Below, in pieces: positions 36,467-48,491 of a stretch of DNA of 64,000 bases. The DNA is from Novakomyces olei (Eukaryota). The stretch is taken from contig JADEYG010000007.1 of NCBI GenBank assembly GCA_016906335.1, positions 434,001 to 498,000 on the forward strand, read 5' to 3'. How positions within the stretch are numbered: position 1 is the stretch's first letter; each line of letters begins with the position of its first letter. Both the position numbers and the translations under genes were made by a program. Under the pieces are notes generated by a model. The model saw only the letters and a list, made by a program, of their open reading frames with translations, searched no databases and was not told where the DNA came from.

Positions 36467-39121
36467 ATGAGCATTCCGTCAATTCAGGTTGAACGGCCGT
36501 CGCTCGACGTTGACACCGGGCGAGGCTTCCGGACTAGAACGCGTAGTAGCGACACGTCTCTCACTGCGGGAAACAGAGCAGGCAGCCACCTGAATCTGGC
36601 CGTGGATAATCATGAAGATGCGACAGACACTAATTTCGCGTCTGGTGCACACCACAGCCGTCGCACTAGCTTTGCCACGCCGACCCATTCGGCAACAAAT
36701 AGTTCGGGGCTTTTAACTCCGGAGGATTCAGGGGTTGATCCTCTCAGTTTGCATATAATGCAAAGGACGGGTACTTCGAGTCTTTTATCGAAGCGAGAAA
36801 ATAGCGATGACGGACACGCCTCTGTTGCCACTGCAACTGCCGCTAATGCCGCTGCTACCGGTAACACTATTGAACAGCCTACAGCACAAACGCCCACAGC
36901 CGCTGCTCCGGCGCCATCAGCGTCCAATGAAGACGCTGGTTTACATACAATTCATTCAATGGTTCGCGAAATGAAATCGGCACAGGGCTCTCTTTTCTCA
37001 AAACTCATTCAAACAACACGGAGCCATATCCGTGGCGAAAATGACGATGACCACCATGGCGATGACGTTACCCGGGAGGAAGGTAATAACGCTTACCCGT
37101 TTACGATAGCCAAGGGAAGCCTACACCCTCACTCTGTCGGGCTTAGTCAACCCGACTCGTACATCCGGACTCGGTCCAATAGCAAAGAAGCCGGGGACTT
37201 TACTCGGCTCTTTCTCGCTCAGACACTCGATTGTGGTGGTGGACATGGTGCAGGACATGGTGCAGGTCGTAACGGTACTCAGCATCATGCTGAGAGCAAT
37301 GATCAGCACAAGAATGGTGCAATATGGGCATTACGGTTCAGTCCGGATGGAAAGTATCTTGCTTCTGGTGGCAGAGATGGAATTTTGCGGATATGGGCAG
37401 TTATTCGGTCGAGAGAGCAACGGCAAAAGTTTCAAAGGGCGCAAGAGCAAACCTCACAAAGTCAGCTGCTGAACGCGCCTGTCTTTGAAGCTGAGCCTTT
37501 CCGTTTGTACAAGGGTCATACCTCTGATATACTCGATATTAGTTGGAGCAAAACAGGTTTTATTCTCAGCAGCTCTATGGATCGTACAGTGAGACTTTGG
37601 CATGTCAGTCGACCAGAATGTTTATGCCGATTTGAGCACTCTGACTTTGTGACGTCAATTGCCTTTCATCCCAAGGATGATCGGTTTTTCCTTTCGGGGT
37701 CATTGGACTGTAAATTACGGCTCTGGTCTATAGCAGAGAAACGCGTTTATTTCTGGAATGAGCTGCCTGAGCTCGTGACTGCCGTTGCTTTTACCCCTGA
37801 CGGTCGTCATGCGATGGCGGGCACGTATGCCGGAATTTGCTTGTTTTATGAAACGGATGGGTTAAGGTACTATACGCAGATACATGCGCGTAGCTCAAGG
37901 GGCAAGAACGCCAAGGGCAGTAAAGTGACGGGCATTGAGTGTATAGCTGCGTCGAACGATAGTCCTTCTGCAGATGTTAAAGTTCTTGTAACGACAAACG
38001 ATTCGCGAGTAAGACTCTACAATTTTCGCGATAAGGCGCTGGAAGTCAAGTTCAAGGGCAATGTTAATACGTGCGGTCAGATACATGCAAGCTTTTCTCA
38101 GAGTGTTAAATACATTATATGTGGAAGTGAGGACAAGCAAGTATGGATATGGAGTGTGAACCCTTCTCCTGGGACGAAATACGACAAGTGCAGAACGGAC
38201 CATTTTGCAGCGAACAATAATATAACTACCTGTGCAATTTTTGGACCCAGTTCAACAGTACAGTTTCTGGAAATATCAAACGACCCCATATACGATCTAG
38301 TTTCCCGGTATCATATGGCAAAATCGCAAGGAGATGAAGATACACAAGATGAACGGAAAGGGAGTGATGAAGGTGGGGAGAATGATAACCTGCAAGCAGC
38401 TGCACCCACTCCGTGTCTAAAGGAGCTCGGCGATCTCAGCCATGATATAATTATATGTGCTGATGATGAGGGAGTCATAAAGGTATTTCGGCAAGACAGA
38501 GCAGCAGCAATTCGTCAAATGTTTGAATCTGGGAGTAAGCATACGACACAAAATGCTCTGCCAAAGAGGTTTTGGCCACAGCGCTCTAATTCTCCCAATA
38601 ATTGGGATGAGGAATCAAAAAGATTTGTAAAGTCTCCTGTTTATTCAAGCTCCGAGTCATCAGATGATTTGTCGACTAATAATTCCCTACAAATTACCTC
38701 TGCGTATGACGTACCAGCGCCCTCGTTAAGACGCAGAAGCCTTGATGATGTGTCGTCCATTGCAAATTCCGAAATTGCAGAGGAGCAGTATCGAAAATCA
38801 TTGGAAAAGACGCTTGAGGAGGACATAGAATTTGGCCCTGGAAAATATTATTACCAAAAATCGCATGAGCTTCAACAGCTTGTTCCGACTGGCAATGCAT
38901 CAGAGACAGATGAGAGCCAAAGTTCCTCCTCATCTGGATTTTCAGATTCTGATGCGTCTCAGAGCACAACGGGTACAGATACTGTAGATCAGGAGACAGT
39001 CCAAATAACCTGTAATCGGTGTGATGGATCTCTTTTCCGTGCTTCTAGAACGACAGACAGCAATTTTCTACAGTCGTCTATCCGTCTCTCGTGCGCTAGA
39101 TGCAATTATGTTATCGTTTGA
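36467..39121 (+). CDS. WD40-repeat protein, WDR44/Dgr2/YMR102C family
   Basis: LFLAQ, GAIWALRFSPDGKYLASGG, GHTSDILDISWS, HSDFVTSIAFHPKDDRFFLSGSLDCKLRLW, VTTNDSRVRLY; first likely ATG at 36467. Confidence 0.9.
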   Translation: MSIPSIQVERPSLDVDTGRGFRTRTRSSDTSLTAGNRAGSHLNLAVDNHEDATDTNFASGAHHSRRTSFATPTHSATNSSGLLTPEDSGVDPLSLHIMQRTGTSSLLSKRENSDDGHASVATATAANAAATGNTIEQPTAQTPTAAAPAPSASNEDAGLHTIHSMVREMKSAQGSLFSKLIQTTRSHIRGENDDDHHGDDVTREEGNNAYPFTIAKGSLHPHSVGLSQPDSYIRTRSNSKEAGDFTRLFLAQTLDCGGGHGAGHGAGRNGTQHHAESNDQHKNGAIWALRFSPDGKYLASGGRDGILRIWAVIRSREQRQKFQRAQEQTSQSQLLNAPVFEAEPFRLYKGHTSDILDISWSKTGFILSSSMDRTVRLWHVSRPECLCRFEHSDFVTSIAFHPKDDRFFLSGSLDCKLRLWSIAEKRVYFWNELPELVTAVAFTPDGRHAMAGTYAGICLFYETDGLRYYTQIHARSSRGKNAKGSKVTGIECIAASNDSPSADVKVLVTTNDSRVRLYNFRDKALEVKFKGNVNTCGQIHASFSQSVKYIICGSEDKQVWIWSVNPSPGTKYDKCRTDHFAANNNITTCAIFGPSSTVQFLEISNDPIYDLVSRYHMAKSQGDEDTQDERKGSDEGGENDNLQAAAPTPCLKELGDLSHDIIICADDEGVIKVFRQDRAAAIRQMFESGSKHTTQNALPKRFWPQRSNSPNNWDEESKRFVKSPVYSSSESSDDLSTNNSLQITSAYDVPAPSLRRRSLDDVSSIANSEIAEEQYRKSLEKTLEEDIEFGPGKYYYQKSHELQQLVPTGNASETDESQSSSSSGFSDSDASQSTTGTDTVDQETVQITCNRCDGSLFRASRTTDSNFLQSSIRLSCARCNYVIV

Positions 39122-39163
39122 ACGGGGCAAAAACAGATTTATGTGGGCGCGAGCTTTGGGTCT

Positions 39164-40452
39164 TCATGAAAGCGAATCTTCAGGTACCCAAAATAGCTAT
39201 AATTTGCTTGTTAGTGACCTGTTTTCAAAGAGCATTAAATATATTTGATACCATTTGTTTGCCAGCGGTAACAAATTGAGCGTAGCGAGGATTGAATCCA
39301 ATAATCTGTGGAGAATGTGTCGGCAAATGATTGATTGATTGCGAGGGTTTCAAGTTGGTTTCTTTCTTGTTCATATCAAAAAAAACCACATTTTTATTTT
39401 CTGCGACTAGATAACGATTAGTGAAGGAACAAAAATAAAACAAAGAAAAAGACGTTGCTTGGAAAGCCAAGCGTTTCTTTCACGTACGTGCTAGTATATA
39501 GTTGGCATCAGGAGTGAAACAGGCAGACACTGGGCTGCTTACTGACGATGTGTGTGGCGGAGGCGTATAGCCAACTAGTCGGCGGGCCATTTCGCCGTTG
39601 AACGAGTCCAAAACATAACGCATTTCTCCAGTTGTCCCAAGCAAAATGAAACGGCCATCGTTGGAAAATTCTAGCGATGTCCAATCAGGCATTTGCGGAT
39701 CGGAAAAGTTGGTCAACAAATATTCTTCATCGCGGAGATAAAACGTACTGAACGGCATTTTATCAAAATTCCGTAGATCATACAGCATGATGCTAGAGGT
39801 CCGATGATTTGCTACCGCAAATATGATGCCATTAGGATCGAATATAGCTCTGCTAGTGGAACCTATTTCAAGGTTGCCCTTTCATGAATTAGTTTTAATT
39901 CGAAGAAAAATTAGGGGAGCAAATAAAGAGTAGAATAAATATAAAAGTTGGCATACATGACACGTTTGGGAACGCAAGTCCCAAAGCTTAACAGTGCCAT
40001 CTGCACTTCCAGAAAGCATATGGTCGTCCACAGGCGAAATATCTAATGAAACAACTTTGTCTGTATGACCGCGAAAGTACCGTATGTAAGAATTGTCATG
40101 TAGGGAAAGGTAGCGTAAGACGTCTAAGCACCCCGTTAGCCATAGTTCAAACATAGTTTAAAAGCCAATTATTACCATTCTCCTTTGTAGACGCGTAAAC
40201 AATATTGGTGTGAAGGTGAGTAAACTTGGCAAGGTCACATCCATATTTTTTACTGAGGGATGTCTTTGTATGCTTTGCCGTTTTGCAATTAAACAGCTGT
40301 AGACTCTCGTCTGTTGCGCTTGCAATGAGCCATTCACCTGTATCATCGAAATCAATGCTGGTTATACATGAGCCTCGTTCATTTTCCGCAAATTGTTTTG
40401 CTGGTTTAAACAGCGCCAGGTACGTGTCATTGAGCGCGACTGGCGCTGACAT
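39164..40452 (-). CDS. SWD2: COMPASS/CPF WD40 subunit Swd2 (WDR82)
   Basis: [54 protein letters not shown], final exon [10 protein letters not shown]. Confidence 0.92.
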
Positions 40453-41603
40453 GCTGTGTGACGATGAGCAGCAGTGCAGGAATTTAGTAATAATTATAGC
40501 AATAATTATTGATCAAAGCCATAAATAATGATGGATACTATAAAATTAAATTATTATATTGTTTGCTGTGCTGCAAACCAGTTGAAATATATACTGTTTG
40601 CTACATAAGCGTCATGATTTCGCGATGGAGTAACAGTGAATCGTTCATGAGAGATAATAATTCAATATCAAAAGTGTCGCCAACCTGAAATTCTGCTGAT
40701 TTTGCCATGAGACTTGAAATTGGTATCGATTCCGCTATTCTTGAATCACTTATTTGCAATATGTCCCATGCCCAAAAAATATGTAGATTAAATTTGACTA
40801 GTAACAATTGAATTTTATTTGCTTTATTTAAAATGCTGGTAATGAAATTTATCATAGACCTGAGGTTCAAATGGCTCTCGAGCGAAAATGTTATTAGTTC
40901 AGTAAACTACGAGGCTTCGCTAGTGCAAATTATTCATAGCTTCAGGAACTATTCGGTACGGATTCCAGACAGCGGTCTCATAAATTTTAATATAAAAAGC
41001 CTGTGATCAGTTATGCAAATGTAGTGCTTTGCGTAATATGACAGCAAAAGATGCAGGCTTTAAAATAAATTATTAGATGGGCAATATGCTAAATCGAAGT
41101 GAAGAATACATATACTTTGATTGCCAGTTTTGTTATTGGCGTCATTTCAAAACTGTTCTGAATCTGATAGTCAAAAGGTGGTTGTTGTATTATCTTACGC
41201 CCCACACAGTATCATCCCACATTTTATATTTTAATATATAAATATATATTAATATATTTATTAGACTAGTGAAATTGATTAGGGGTAAAAAAGGTAGCGA
41301 TAGGAACAGAGGCTTCATAAACCAAGAGCAAATCGTTTGAATGTATATGCGAGTGCTGCTCATGTCTAATGCAAAGATCAGCGATACAGGCTAGACAGTT
41401 AATCCAATTTAAAAACGACATTTTATGTACATCTTATCAGTATTGCCGTCCAAAATTAAACGAATTAATAATCAACCTATTTATTTGTCTTACGGCAAAT
41501 TAGTCAAATTAAAATTTAAATAATAATCAAAATATAATGCGCTAGTATATACACAGAGCTTGAAGTTTGTTAATCCGAATCTCTACATTTGCTTGATTGG
41601 CTT

Positions 41604-42963
41604 ATGTCTCAAACGGCTGCGCGCGCTCCGATAGAGACGAAAGCGATTCCGCTAGATCCATCGCCGTCTCCTGATGTACAACGGCTTACTACTCTACGTA
41701 TGAGAAACCAAAATAATACAAGTCTGAATTGCCTTTAACTGGGAACAGAAGGGTTCATATCGGGCGGCATTGCCGCCTGTATGTCAGTTACTTTAACGAA
41801 TCGTATGCTTCAAATGAATTTATTAAAATGGAAACGGCTAATTCGGTTCAGCCGCCGAAGTTGCAAAAACAAGACTGCAACTACAGGGCGAACTTGCAAA
41901 GCGTGGACAGTCGCCGCGTATTTATAAGGGCGCATTTCAGGCTCTTGCTACTATATATAAAGGCGAAGGCATTCGAGGCCTGCAACGAGGATTAGGAACT
42001 GCAGTATGTTATTTTTGTCTGTGGCTGTTTATTATTTTTTTCGTGGCACATTAATCACGCGTACATAGTATTGCTATCAAGTTTTGCTTAACGGCTGCCG
42101 GCTAGGACTTTACGATCCGTGCCGGCGACTTGTCTCGCAAGCAATTTACGGCGATGAGACTCATAGCTCTGTCATTATTAATGTATTTTCCGGCACAGTA
42201 TCCGGTGCAGCTGGAGGTGAGTAAACGCATACCAGTGGAATGAATTGGGGGGAAAAGAATTGAAAGGCTATAATGTTAAACGGAAAATGAGAAAAGTGAA
42301 AATTGAGATATGAAACAATAAACGAACCAAGATTTGAGCAATTGAAATCTAACACGAGCCAGCATTACTGGGATCCCCGCTTTTCATGGTAAAAACACGC
42401 ATGCAGGCGTATTCGCCGGTACACCCGATCGGCTTTCAGCACGAGTACAAAAACATGGTGGATGGTTTAATTAAAGTTACACACGAAAGTGGCGTGCGAG
42501 GACTCTACCGTGGCCTGGATGCCGCTCTTATGCGAACAATGGCAGGCTCAAGCGTGCAATTGCCCATTTATAATTGGGCGAAGCATGTAATTGGCGAATG
42601 GAACATTGTACCTGATGGTCCGCCTAAGCATTTATTAGCCTCTTCTGTGAGTGGTGTGGGCGTTTGCTGCTTTATGGTAAATATTCATTTCTGAATAGCA
42701 AATCCCGACTGACACGACATTAGCAATTGTTTGATACGATCATGACACGCATGTACAATCAAGACGGCCATGCTCTATACAAAAATATATTTGACTGTTT
42801 TATTAAAACGGTACGGACAGAAGGCTTCTTTGCCTTATATAAAGGGTTTTTTGCCCACTGCACGCGTATAATTCCCCACACGATCTTCACCTTAACGTTC
42901 CTTGAACAAACAAACAAGTTTGTTTATTGGTTTGCCAATCGAGGTCGCGAGAATGCTGTCTAA
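41604..42963 (+). CDS. OAC1: Mitochondrial oxaloacetate carrier
   Basis: GFISGGIAAC, PxEVAKTRLQLQGEL, YQVLLNGCRLGLY, SPLFMVKTRMQAYSP, GSSVQLP, TRMYNQ; five introns. Confidence 0.92.
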
Positions 42964-43253
42964 TAATGCGTGACAAAAGTTGTGTGCTGTGCAATCCAAA
43001 AGTGAAATTCGTTCTTGGTAATATTTCTTTAAAGACAATATTATTGCTTGTGAGCATAATGTAACAAAATAGACTATATCTTTTAGGTCCTTCCCTTAGC
43101 GTCCAATACATTTAAACATTGAATAAACTAGTTAAGACTGAGAGACACGATTTGGCTTGATTCCAGCCGAATCTGCCCTTAACATAATCAGGAAATGTGA
43201 AATCGAATTAAAAAACAAAAACGGTTTCCCGCATATCATAGTCAGCAACTCTC

Positions 43254-44364
43254 TTAAAAGTACGTAGCACGCAATCTAACAGTCAGCCCGAAAAAAGATG
43301 TAATGACATACCTATTTTGCAAATGTTGTCCGGCAGTAAGAGTTTGCAGTGAGGGATCAGCAGACTGCGTTTGAAGGACAAAAGGGCTGTGTATTGCATC
43401 CAGAGTACTTTCGTCAAAAGGATGACAGAAGAATGCAATACTTTGACGCCTTTTATTGGCTATAGTTGACGCTGGCATAACTACACGGTGTAAGGTCGAC
43501 TGCAAGTATCCCCGTGTCCAAAAGCTCAACAAATCTCCTATATTTACGAGCAATGGTGGAGCGCATTCCGGGTCACGAGCTTCTAGTGCCGGCACAGGGT
43601 ACCATTTACGATCTGATGCGTTTGCATATGAATCGTGATGCGGACAGATCTCCAGGCCAGACTGATTAGCAAGCTGGAACAGCAAAGTGAGACTGCCATA
43701 GTCCGTGTGAGCTCCCGCCCGGTAATCCGTTTCGTCCTTGTCCACAGTATCCAGCTGAGGGTACATGAGCCAGCGATAAGTGCTGCCTCCTGGCTTCTGT
43801 AGCCCGTGACGTTCCTTAAAGAAATTAGCTCCACCTTGGTCACTGTCGATACGAAGACCGACGGCAAACAAGTTTAGCAGCTTCTGACAAATTTCTTGGC
43901 ATGTCTACGCGTGTTAGCAAGTGAGAGCATTTGAAATTGACAAACCTGTATAAAACTCATAATCTCAGTTTCATGCTGCCGCAGGTACGGATTCAAAGTT
44001 TGATCTAAATGGCTCGCCTTTGTGTGGCAGAAATTAATAACCTCTTTGAAATCTCCATTTTTCTGTACTCCTGGATCAAGGCTGTTTGTCAGTATAGAGA
44101 GATGGCGGCCTGGGACACATACATTTCCTTCTGCAATGGCGCATAGCCGGCTTGGCCTTTCTGTGTGTTGCTCATAGACACTTTGTCCTTCTCGTCTGCC
44201 GGAAGATTGAAGAACTCTGCTGCTACTTGGAACATACGGCCATAAGTTTTGCGGCTCATACCGTAGCCGTCTACGAAGATGAAACCAAGATCATGTGCCG
44301 TTTGCACCACCTTGTCCGCCTTTGTCTGATCGGGACTGCTGATATCGATTACCGGGATTTCCAT
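43254..44364 (-). CDS. 2-oxoglutarate/Fe(II) dioxygenase (IPNS/flavonol synthase-like)
   Basis: IPVIDIS, LGFIFV, RAGAHTDYGSLTLLFQ (HxD), VNIGDLL..WT, STLHRVV, RQSIAFF. Confidence 0.92.
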
Positions 44365-44678
44365 TCTTTTGCGAACTTCTAATTCTATTGCCTGTTCAAC
44401 TGCTCTAATAAAGCAAATTATCACGACAATCCTCGCAATTGTATTTCGGCCTTCCAAGTTTGCTGCAGACGGTGCTCATCGCTCCGAGCGAGCTCTTATC
44501 GTGCACCGATTTTATCAACGTCAGATAAGACATTGGGTCGTTCTTTTGGGATTTTTATCGTACATTGTTTCGGCTATCCCGCCGATACTTTAAATCTGGA
44601 TGATAGATAATGTGGGCGATACTATGTAAGCCGCCGTCTGTCTCTGCTACCTGCAAAAATCATATATTTAGCAAATCG

Positions 44679-44696
44679 AATAAATAAATAAACAAA

Positions 44697-44739
<43 letters not shown>

Positions 44740-44822
44740 ATTAATTAATTAATAAATTAATAAATTAATAAATTAATAAATTAATAAATTAATAAATTAA
44801 TAAATTAACAAATTAATAAATT
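44679..44822. repeat. (TAAA)n followed by (TAAATTAA)n AT microsatellite
   Basis: Direct reading. Confidence 0.9.
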
Positions 44823-45124
44823 GCTTTGATAATATCTATTTTTGTGTATATTTATTTATTTGTACTCGTATGCGTACTGTATATCTATTATTTCTTGTAT
44901 ATTAGCGATATAATTCTATTTATATGTACATTTTAGCGTATCTAATATCAGACATACGCGCACGCACAAAAAGACTATTACATAAAATTAGACAATTCAG
45001 CTTCGAGTGTGGGTTTATGATCTGCGCTAAACCGTCTCGCAAAGGCTCAATTCTCCCCAAATTACTCGGCTGCTTCACTGCTTTGCTATCTGTTTCGTAT
45101 CTCTGAACGTAGGCGTGTTTGAAT

Positions 45125-47917
45125 ATGAGCGGTAAGCCACTTTTCAGAGGAATTGCCTAACTCTAGTCCGATCGTTTAATGCGTACGTGAACGAAAGGCT
45201 GTTGACGCGCACGAGCGCGATACAGGACCTTTCAAACGCCACAATCGGCATTGACGCGGAAAAGTATTTGGATGATGTTCTCTCTCACTTTGCTCCAAAT
45301 GACGCGCTCCAAGCTGTGACAGGGACAATTTCCCTTCGAGCCAATGAGCTCCTGCAGCAGTCGCTAAATATGCTCCTCCAGCTCAAGATAAATCCAATCT
45401 TTGTTTTCCCTGGCCTCGATCCCGTGGTTAAGCAGGATCGTCATAGCCCGAGTACAAAAATAAATAGAGTTTTGGCCGGATGGGATAACTATAATCGCGG
45501 CCGTCTCGATGCTGCCTCAGACTTGTGGTCTACTTGTACGCTTGTACCTTGCATTTATTATTTGGCTTTGTTTTTCACTCTTCAATCCATCGCTCGCATT
45601 TGCACATTTACAAATTTGCAATCTTGTTTCATATGCCTCTTCTTGTGCGAGCTTTTTGATTTTTTAAATTCTTTCTGCCTTGTTTATCTGTTTTTGGGTC
45701 GGTACTAACAATAGCTACTGCAACGGACAAACCGTTTGTTAACGCGCTAAAGCTTATTCTTGACAGTCGCGACATTGAGTATTTTGTCGCCCCTTACATG
45801 ACAGAAGCACAGGTAAGAACAACCATGTTCGACCTTCTCACTTCATGTTTATCTCCCCTTTTCATTTCATTTCATTTTTATTATTGTTTGTTCATCTGGC
45901 AATAATAATTATTTAAATCTAAATTCTTGTTGCAACTGCTTACATGCAGCTGGCATACTTTGTTTCGCCAGAGTGTGGAATGGTGGACGCAGTATACGGC
46001 TATAATGACCTGGTCATGTGGGGCGTCAGCAAGTTGATTGTCAAAATGGATCGGCAAAAGTACCTTTTTCATTGGTTTGACGTAGAAGCAATTCGAAACG
46101 AGCTTTTCTTGAATGAGGATCAGCTGCAGGACGCAATTCTTCTCTGCGGAACGAAGATCACTCCAAGGTTTCCTGGGTTCGATGCCTTTGGGTTCACGGA
46201 TGGCCCCAATGTATTCCAAATGAGCGCAGATTTTGTGCGGCTACACCGGGCCGGTGTAAACGTCGTTTTAGCCTTTGAAGACGATGCGAATGTAAAGCAG
46301 TCGGATTACTATACAGCCTTTTGTAAAGGAAAATGCTGTGTTTTGTACCACCCAATATTCACAAAAGAAGGAGCAGTAGAGCCCTTACACAAGGACAGTG
46401 CTCCTCGAGATGTGCACGATTTTATAGGTACTCGATTCCCCGACGAAGTTTACTATCTTTTGTCTCGCGGCTTGATAGGAAAGGATTCATTGCAGGCTTT
46501 GGTCTCCGGAGTTTACGTGCTAGATCCTCCGGTTGAGCAGGGCACTTCGCCGGAGCAGTTTTTGCGAAGGATCCGTGAGCCGATTGAGATGCGGACTTTT
46601 GCGCTTAATTTTCTTTCGAGCCCATTACAGTTTTTTTATCAAAACAAGGCCGTTCATGCTCAGGCCTGGTTTGACTCCACAAACGAAATTGACATGGTTC
46701 ACAAATTTACGCCCTCTAAAAACGACGAAGTCTCCGGGTGGAAGGTAGACCACGAAACGTTGCAGGCTATCTTACCGGTAACAGATTTGAAGGTAGAAAA
46801 CTTGGACCTGTCAATCCTTCTCGAAGGACTGCAGGACCCGGCAAATGCGAAAAGAACAATTGTCCAGAACCGGGGCAAAATGGAAATGGACTGTGAGCAA
46901 ATATACGCTAATTCTTGGTGGAGATACTTTCAAATTCGAGGATTTATAACCCCTTCGCACACATTAGCGCCAATGGGAAGCGCATTAGCGAAGACTCTTC
47001 AACTGCTTCCGCCTGATCAGCCCCATCTCTCTATACCCGTATACATTGCATTTGAGCTTTTACGCAGTGGACTGCTAACAACAGCGGAATCTCCTTATTC
47101 CTCTGATTTTGCGATAGACAACAAAAATATTCTGACCGATTTTCAACTTGTATCGAGGGTGGCAACGTTTTTACCCTCACAGCGGAAAAATCAGCACGAC
47201 GGACCTGTTATGTGGCCCGTGACAATTGACAGAAACATGTCTTTATTTTCGTCGTACATTGAGACTTATTATACAGCGGCTCGCGAGCTGCAGGGGATGA
47301 ATTTGCTTTCTATATACCTTCAGAATCTTCCTGACAGACGGGAGGAGTACATAAAGAGACTGAAAAAGAAGTAAGTTGCAACTATACTGATGGCTATGAA
47401 GCTTGTGCGTCAAGTGCTTTATTTGAGCTTGTATTTTTGTTAATTTAATTTAATTTAATTTAATTAACTAATTTATTACTCTATTTTTTTATTTATATGT
47501 ATATCATTTCATTTTATTTCATCTATTTACCAGACTAACCGTAGAAACCCGTTTAATTACCAAGTTGGATGCTGTTCAGGCCTTGTGCTCTCCCAATTCA
47601 TCTACAGCTTGCATCGAAAGCAGGCAGAACTTGCCGGACAGCAAAAAGACGGTGAACAATCAACCGAGCATTTAAAAGTGCCCTCATCAGACTATTCTGA
47701 ATGCAAAATTGCTCTATCCCGGAAAATGGATCATATAATGGTGGACGTTGCCTCGATTATAGACAACAGTTTCTTGCTCTGGGACGCCTTTTATGCTGGC
47801 GTGTTGGAAGCTCAAAAGACCGGAGCCATCGGGAAAATTGAGGCAAATAAGTTTATCCGTGCAAGCAACTGGCTAAACGCGTTGCGTGGAAAGGATACGC
47901 GCGACGAGACTAAATAG
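45125..47917 (+). CDS. MKT1: Mkt1, XPG/PIN-like post-transcriptional regulator
   Basis: MSVRSF.., IGIDAEKYL, INPIFVFPGL, YFVAPY..AQLAY, PRDVHDFIGTRFPDEVYY; four introns. Confidence 0.9.
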
Positions 47918-48491
47918 AGCGAATAAGAGCCAGAAATAAATAGTGAAAAACAAATGTATTATCAATAACGTCCTTCCAGTTTCCCTTTTTTTTTTTTTGC
48001 ATTAAACCTCTTATTTGCAATAAACCTCTTTTTGCAATAAACCTCTTTTTGCAAAATCCCTTTTTGCATTAATCCTTGATCTTAATATACAATGGCAATA
48101 CTAGCCTCCTCCTCCTCCTCTTACCCTTCCCCTTGGCCCCTACTTCTTTGGACTAACCTCCATTCAATCACCCCTCCGCTTAATGCATTGACAACATCCA
48201 CCAACAAACATCGCCGTACGCGTATTCGTGTTCAAGCCACACGCAAAAACAAAACATAGACACCACTAAAGCATATCGTCTATAAGCCGCGCATTCAATA
48301 AAACCCAAATCGCTGATCCACGAATAAATATTAAATATGACCAACCTCCATGGTAAGCAACGGTACATGCCCACAGTCTACTTTAGCGCAGAAACACTCG
48401 ACTGCACATACGATCTGTAAAAGGTACCTTGCTTGATTCTTGTACAGCAAGCCTAACAAACCCCCTTCTTTCTATGTAAACAGCTTCCATG

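Noticed and set aside
40708-41007. Possible ~75-aa spliced orphan ORF between SWD2 and OAC1
   Set aside because: Weak donor (GTAGAT), no clear branch point, no recognisable motif
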